Assembly: GCA_963514005.1 (NCBI GenBank)
Contig: OY740806.1
Span: forward strand, 5,146,001 to 5,210,000
DNA: 64,000 nucleotides
Direction: 5' to 3'
Source of the DNA: Raja brachyura
Lineage: Eukaryota
The first letter of the stretch is position 1. Every line of letters begins with the position of its first letter. This document shows positions 60,801 to 64,000 of the stretch, in pieces. The notes under the pieces were generated by a model that saw only the letters and a program-made list of their open reading frames with translations, made no database searches and was not told the DNA's origin. The position numbers were made by a program, and so were the translations under genes.

Positions 60801-63539
60801 CAAATAATTCCACAGATTCACCTCCTTCTGACTAAATAAATTCCTCCACATCTCCATCCTAAAAGAAGTCCTTTAATTCTCAGGCTGTGCCTTTAGTGAT
60901 AGACTCTCCCACTGGTGGAAACATCCTCTTCACATCCACTCTATCCAGGCCTTTCACTATTCGGTAAGTTCCAATGAGGTCCCCCCTGAATCTTCTAAAC
61001 TCCAGCGAGTACAGGCCCAGTGCTGACAAACGCTCATCATATGTTAACCCACTCATTCCTGGGATCATTATTGTAAACCTCCGAAAGTGTCCGAATATAT
61101 GTTACACACACAACCTCACACACAGACACACACACACACGCAGAAACGTACAGAAAGGCGTACATAGTAGGTATGTTACAATGCTTACCTTCAGCGGTGC
61201 TGCACTTCTGCCACTGCGTGTGTGTGCGACTTTGGCGCTTTGGGGGGGGGGGGGGCAGGGTTAAAATGTGTTTTTTCTCCTACCTGTCCTGGATATATTT
61301 TCTCGGGGAACAAGCTTTTGCTGAAGATTTGTTCCTGTGGCCGTTCTATGAATTTTTTAAATTAATTTATTTTTTAAAAATAAATCGCCCGACAATTTCA
61401 GCGCTGGAGTAAAATAAAAATTCTACTGCCGTGAACGCGAACAACGGGGATGGATTTCACATATGGGACAGGTAAAAGAAAGCCGTTTATTTTACATATA
61501 AACGTGCCTCTTCGGATGACCTTTACCAACATTTTACGTTGCGAAAAGGTGACTTAGACCCCTATACGAACCAGCAGTGTTTTTCCTGCCAATATGGGGT
61601 TTAAATTCACCGCAACCGTAATGTTCCAATCGATCGCGTTCCACAAAATCCCACTCACAAGACGATTTAAATACCCATTAATTTACGGGAATTAAACACT
61701 AAATTCCTTCCATTTGGCCTATAAATTCATGACAATGAGATTTAAAAATCATGTTATATTGTGAATTTTTGTGTGAATGTTATGTGGACACTGAGGCTAT
61801 TTAAAAATGTTAATCTTTTCTTAAGAAATGGATAGATGTTTAGATCTAGTATTTGAATTTTGTAATTAGCTACAATTACTAACTAATTATATGCTTTAAT
61901 TTCAGGTCATCCAAGTAAGATTGTTTCATATTTGTTTCAGAATACTTCATTTCTTTCAGTTCTCTTAATTTTTGAGAAAGTTATGGGCTTTTGACTGTCC
62001 TCGATCACAGCTTTTGTGTTAAGTCAACGGAAAAGCAATAGGGAACAAGATGCTAATTTCCGAATATGAAAATTGACATAACTTTTTTAATATTGAAGAA
62101 ATGAAAGTGAATTCGGTGTCAAATTAAACTTCTTTTTATACTTTATCTGATGGGATAAATTGCAGACTTGATTTTTTAAATCTCAAAATTGTGTAACANN
62201 NNNNNNNNNNNNNNNNNNNNNNNNNNNNNNNNNNNNNNNNNNNNNNNNNNNNNNNNNNNNNNNNNNNNNNNNNNNNNNNNNNNNNNNNNNNNNNNNNNNN
62301 NNNNNNNNNNNNNNNNNNNNNNNNNNNNNNNNNNNNNNNNNNNNNNNNNNNNNNNNNNNNNNNNNNNNNNNNNNNNNNNNNNNNNNNNNNNNNNCAGCCG
62401 CCGACACCACGGCACAGACGGTGGTCTCACCTGGCCGGTTCTTCCTGTTGAAGTACTCCCGCAGGCGGTTGATGGCCCTGTACCTCCTCTCCGCCGGTAG
62501 TAACTGCGTCCCGACCCAGTTGCTGGGCTCGTAAGCGCGGCTCTGTAAGACAGGGCGGGGTGAGGGGCGGCTCTCTAACACATGGCGGGGGCGGGGGGGG
62601 GGGGGGGTCTCGGCCTCTCAGCACCGTCAGAGGGTCCCGGTCAGAATGCAGAGGAGAGCGGACTATGTTGGAGGGACCCACCCAGAACACAGGGGAGAGG
62701 GGGGGGTCTGTGTTACAGAGTCCCAATCGGAATACGGGGGGGGGGGGGGGGCGTGTGCACAGCTGGGAGGCGGGTGAAGGAACAGCTGGGCACAACTGGC
62801 AGCTGGAAGAAGAAACAGCTGGCGGGCGGATGACGATACCACTGTATCAATTGGAAGAAAAGGATACACACATCTGGGAGGCAACAAAAGGCACACCTGG
62901 CCACAAGTGGCAGGTGGATGTGGACAGGGCCAGCCACACACAATCGCAGTCACACAGCACAAAGCAGGCCATTCGGCCCAACTCGCCAATGCAAACCAAC
63001 ATGTCCCATCTAAGCTAGTCCCACCTGCCAACATTTGGCCCATATCCTTCTAAACCTGTTCTCTCCATGTACCTGTCCAAATGTCTCTAATTTGGGAAGG
63101 AGAGGAAGATACAGCTGGATACAACTGGGAAGAGCGCACAGCTGGAAAACAGAGGGCAAGCGGGACACAGCTGGAAAGTAGGGCAAACGGCTGGACACAA
63201 CTGGAAAGTAGAGGAAACAGCTGGATACAATTGGAAAGCGGGGGAACAGCTGTAAAGTAGTGGGAACAGTTGGACACAGTTGCGAAGGAAAGGGAACAAC
63301 TGGACACAGCTGGAAAGTAGAGGGAACAGCTGGAAAGCAGAGGAGGGAACATCCAGACCCAATTGCAAAGCAGTGAAGGCCACAGCTGGAAAACAGGGGG
63401 GACATCTGGCCAGCGAGGCTGCTTCCCGGCCGCTCCGCCGTAACCTGCCGGCCCCGCACGTACCTCGTATTCCGTGTCTCGGCAAAGGGTCAAGTAGGAA
63501 AAACATTCGGTGGCACCGGTGCAGGCGGGCGTCCGCCCC
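51779..63539 (-). CDS. SOUL/heme-binding protein (HEBP2-like), 5'-partial: join(63464-63539,62431-62542,60357-60490,55903-56060,51779-51878), about 192 aa visible
   Basis: All GT-AG, phases consistent (1,0,1,0,2). Protein GRTPACTGATECFSYLTLCRDTEYE-SRAYEPSNWVGT...RLREYFNRKNRPGILIEQTSP...FFYLPRRFLSNPPIPRDELVYLSNSPAQSLFVRSVG...FYLAEYHRPLSLLGRRKEIWFQ follows the SOUL-family motifs YExRxY..W, RLxxYI.G.N...MTxP, F.lP..PPxP, vyVR.F.G, Y.A.Y..P...R.NEVW. Confidence 0.85.
52545..54200 (+). mobile_element. CR1 RT/3' fragment with a nested antisense CR1 tail (about 52572-52940)
   Basis: SQHGF|MKGKSC reading split by the insert; ORFs 52641-53381 and 53526-54074. Confidence 0.87.
54200..54530 (-). mobile_element. 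Rex1/Babar fragment
   Basis: VESFKFLGTIISKDLKW, KKAQQxMYFL, FYTAIVESVL. Confidence 0.75.
54930..55500 (-). mobile_element. CR1 3' fragments
   Basis: CR1 tail and C-terminal coding remnants. Confidence 0.78.
55903..56060 (-). CDS. SOUL/HEBP2-like exon (VYLSNSPAQSLFVRS...FYLAEYH)
   Basis: Acceptor ctctccccactgcag|, donor AG|gtagtg; 158 nt. The frame differs from the ORF-track entry 55888..56175. Confidence 0.85.
56085..59680 (-). mobile_element. Stack of CR1 fragments in the SOUL-gene intron (largest about 57132-58930 and 58935-59680)
   Basis: ORFs 57227-57595, 57746-58501, 58515-58775, 58933-59736. Confidence 0.9.
60357..60490 (-). CDS. SOUL/HEBP2-like exon (GILIEQTSP...PPIPRDEL)
   Basis: Acceptor ttcccgctccacag|, donor CTG|gtgagt; 134 nt. 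Confidence 0.85.
60620..61080 (-). mobile_element. CR1 3' fragment
   Basis: IPGMSGLTYDERL..LGLYSLEFRR. Confidence 0.82.
61175..62198. repeat. AT-rich dispersed repeat, probably a non-autonomous DNA element; its end is homologous to about 9695-9795 (reverse)
   Basis: GGTGTCAAATTAAACTTCTTTTTAT(A/G)CTTTATCTGATGGGATAAATTGCA...TGTAACA shared by both loci; short TGTTACA...TGTAACA ends. Confidence 0.5.
62199..62394. other. Assembly gap (196 N), intronic in the SOUL-like gene
   Basis: Run of N. Confidence 0.99.
62431..62542 (-). CDS. SOUL/HEBP2-like exon (SRAYEPSNWVGT...RKNRP)
   Basis: Acceptor tcttacag|, donor CAG|gtgaga; 112 nt. Confidence 0.85.
63105..63400. repeat. Degenerate repeat of CAGCTGGA(A/C/T)A units
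   Basis: More than 10 CA(G/A)(C/T)TGG motifs. Confidence 0.75.
63464..63539 (-). CDS. SOUL/HEBP2-like exon (Cys-rich N-terminal part, ends EYE)
   Basis: Acceptor ttctcgcccacag|, donor GAG|gtacgt; 76 nt. Confidence 0.78.
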
Positions 63540-63699
63540 CTGTGGGCGAGAACAGCCGCGGTTAATGCTCGTACACCTCATCCCATCCCCATGCGACTCC
63601 AATCATCCCAACCATATCCCACCCAATCCATCACATACAACCATCCCCCCCCCCATCCCCCCTGTCCAACACCCATCGTTCCATTCCACCCGAATCCAG

Positions 63700-64000
63700 G
63701 AAAAATGTTCTCAATTTCAGGAATTGTTCCCCAATGATGGGTGAGCAGAACCAGGGGCCACAGTCCAATAATTAAGGGGAGGCCATTTAAAACCGAGATG
63801 AGAAAAAAAAATCACCAAGAGAGTTACGTATTTGTGTAATTCTCTGCCACAGAAGGCAGTGGCGGCCGATTCACTGGATGAATTTCAAAGAGAGTTATTT
63901 TGGATAGAGCTCTAGGGGCTAGCGAAATCAAGGGATATGTGGAGAAAGCAGGAACGGGGTACTGATTCTGGATAATCAGCCATGATCATATTGAATGGCG
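63700..64000 (+). mobile_element. CR1 3' fragment
   Basis: AGAACCAGGGGCCACAG...GATCAGCCATGATCATATTGAATGGCG-type tail. Confidence 0.85.

Overview
Eukaryotic, repeat-dense vertebrate DNA. It is most likely a cartilaginous fish (skate/ray/shark), inferred from abundant CR1 LINEs with (TTTCTATG)n tails, V-type tRNA-derived SINEs and Penelope elements. Most of the window is transposon debris: CR1, L1/Tx1, Rex1/Babar, Penelope, hAT and SINEs. Two host genes were reconstructed by hand, both on the minus strand, with all splice sites GT-AG and all phases consistent. (1) A complete 8-exon tapasin gene (TAPBP, 475 aa, CDS 30157->24214). It keeps the TAP-binding TM lysine and a KKxx ER-retrieval tail (LKKSN*), and has a compact NF-kB/GAS/ISRE/Y-box promoter. 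It lacks the ERp57-binding Cys95 equivalent and carries a 7-triplet Gly-X-Y insert. (2) Five exons of a SOUL/heme-binding (HEBP2-like) gene (63539->51779) whose first exon(s) lie outside the window. Other notable structures: a four-level nested L1>CR1>L1>CR1 insertion, a TSD-bounded inverted Penelope composite with hammerhead-ribozyme cores, a 93-bp TSD-bounded Penelope-derived mini-insertion, a hAT element carrying a Penelope fragment plus a deletion derivative, several minisatellites, and an unexplained diverged inverted pair with coding-like character near 13.2-13.85 kb. TE boundaries are approximate unless a TSD is quoted.
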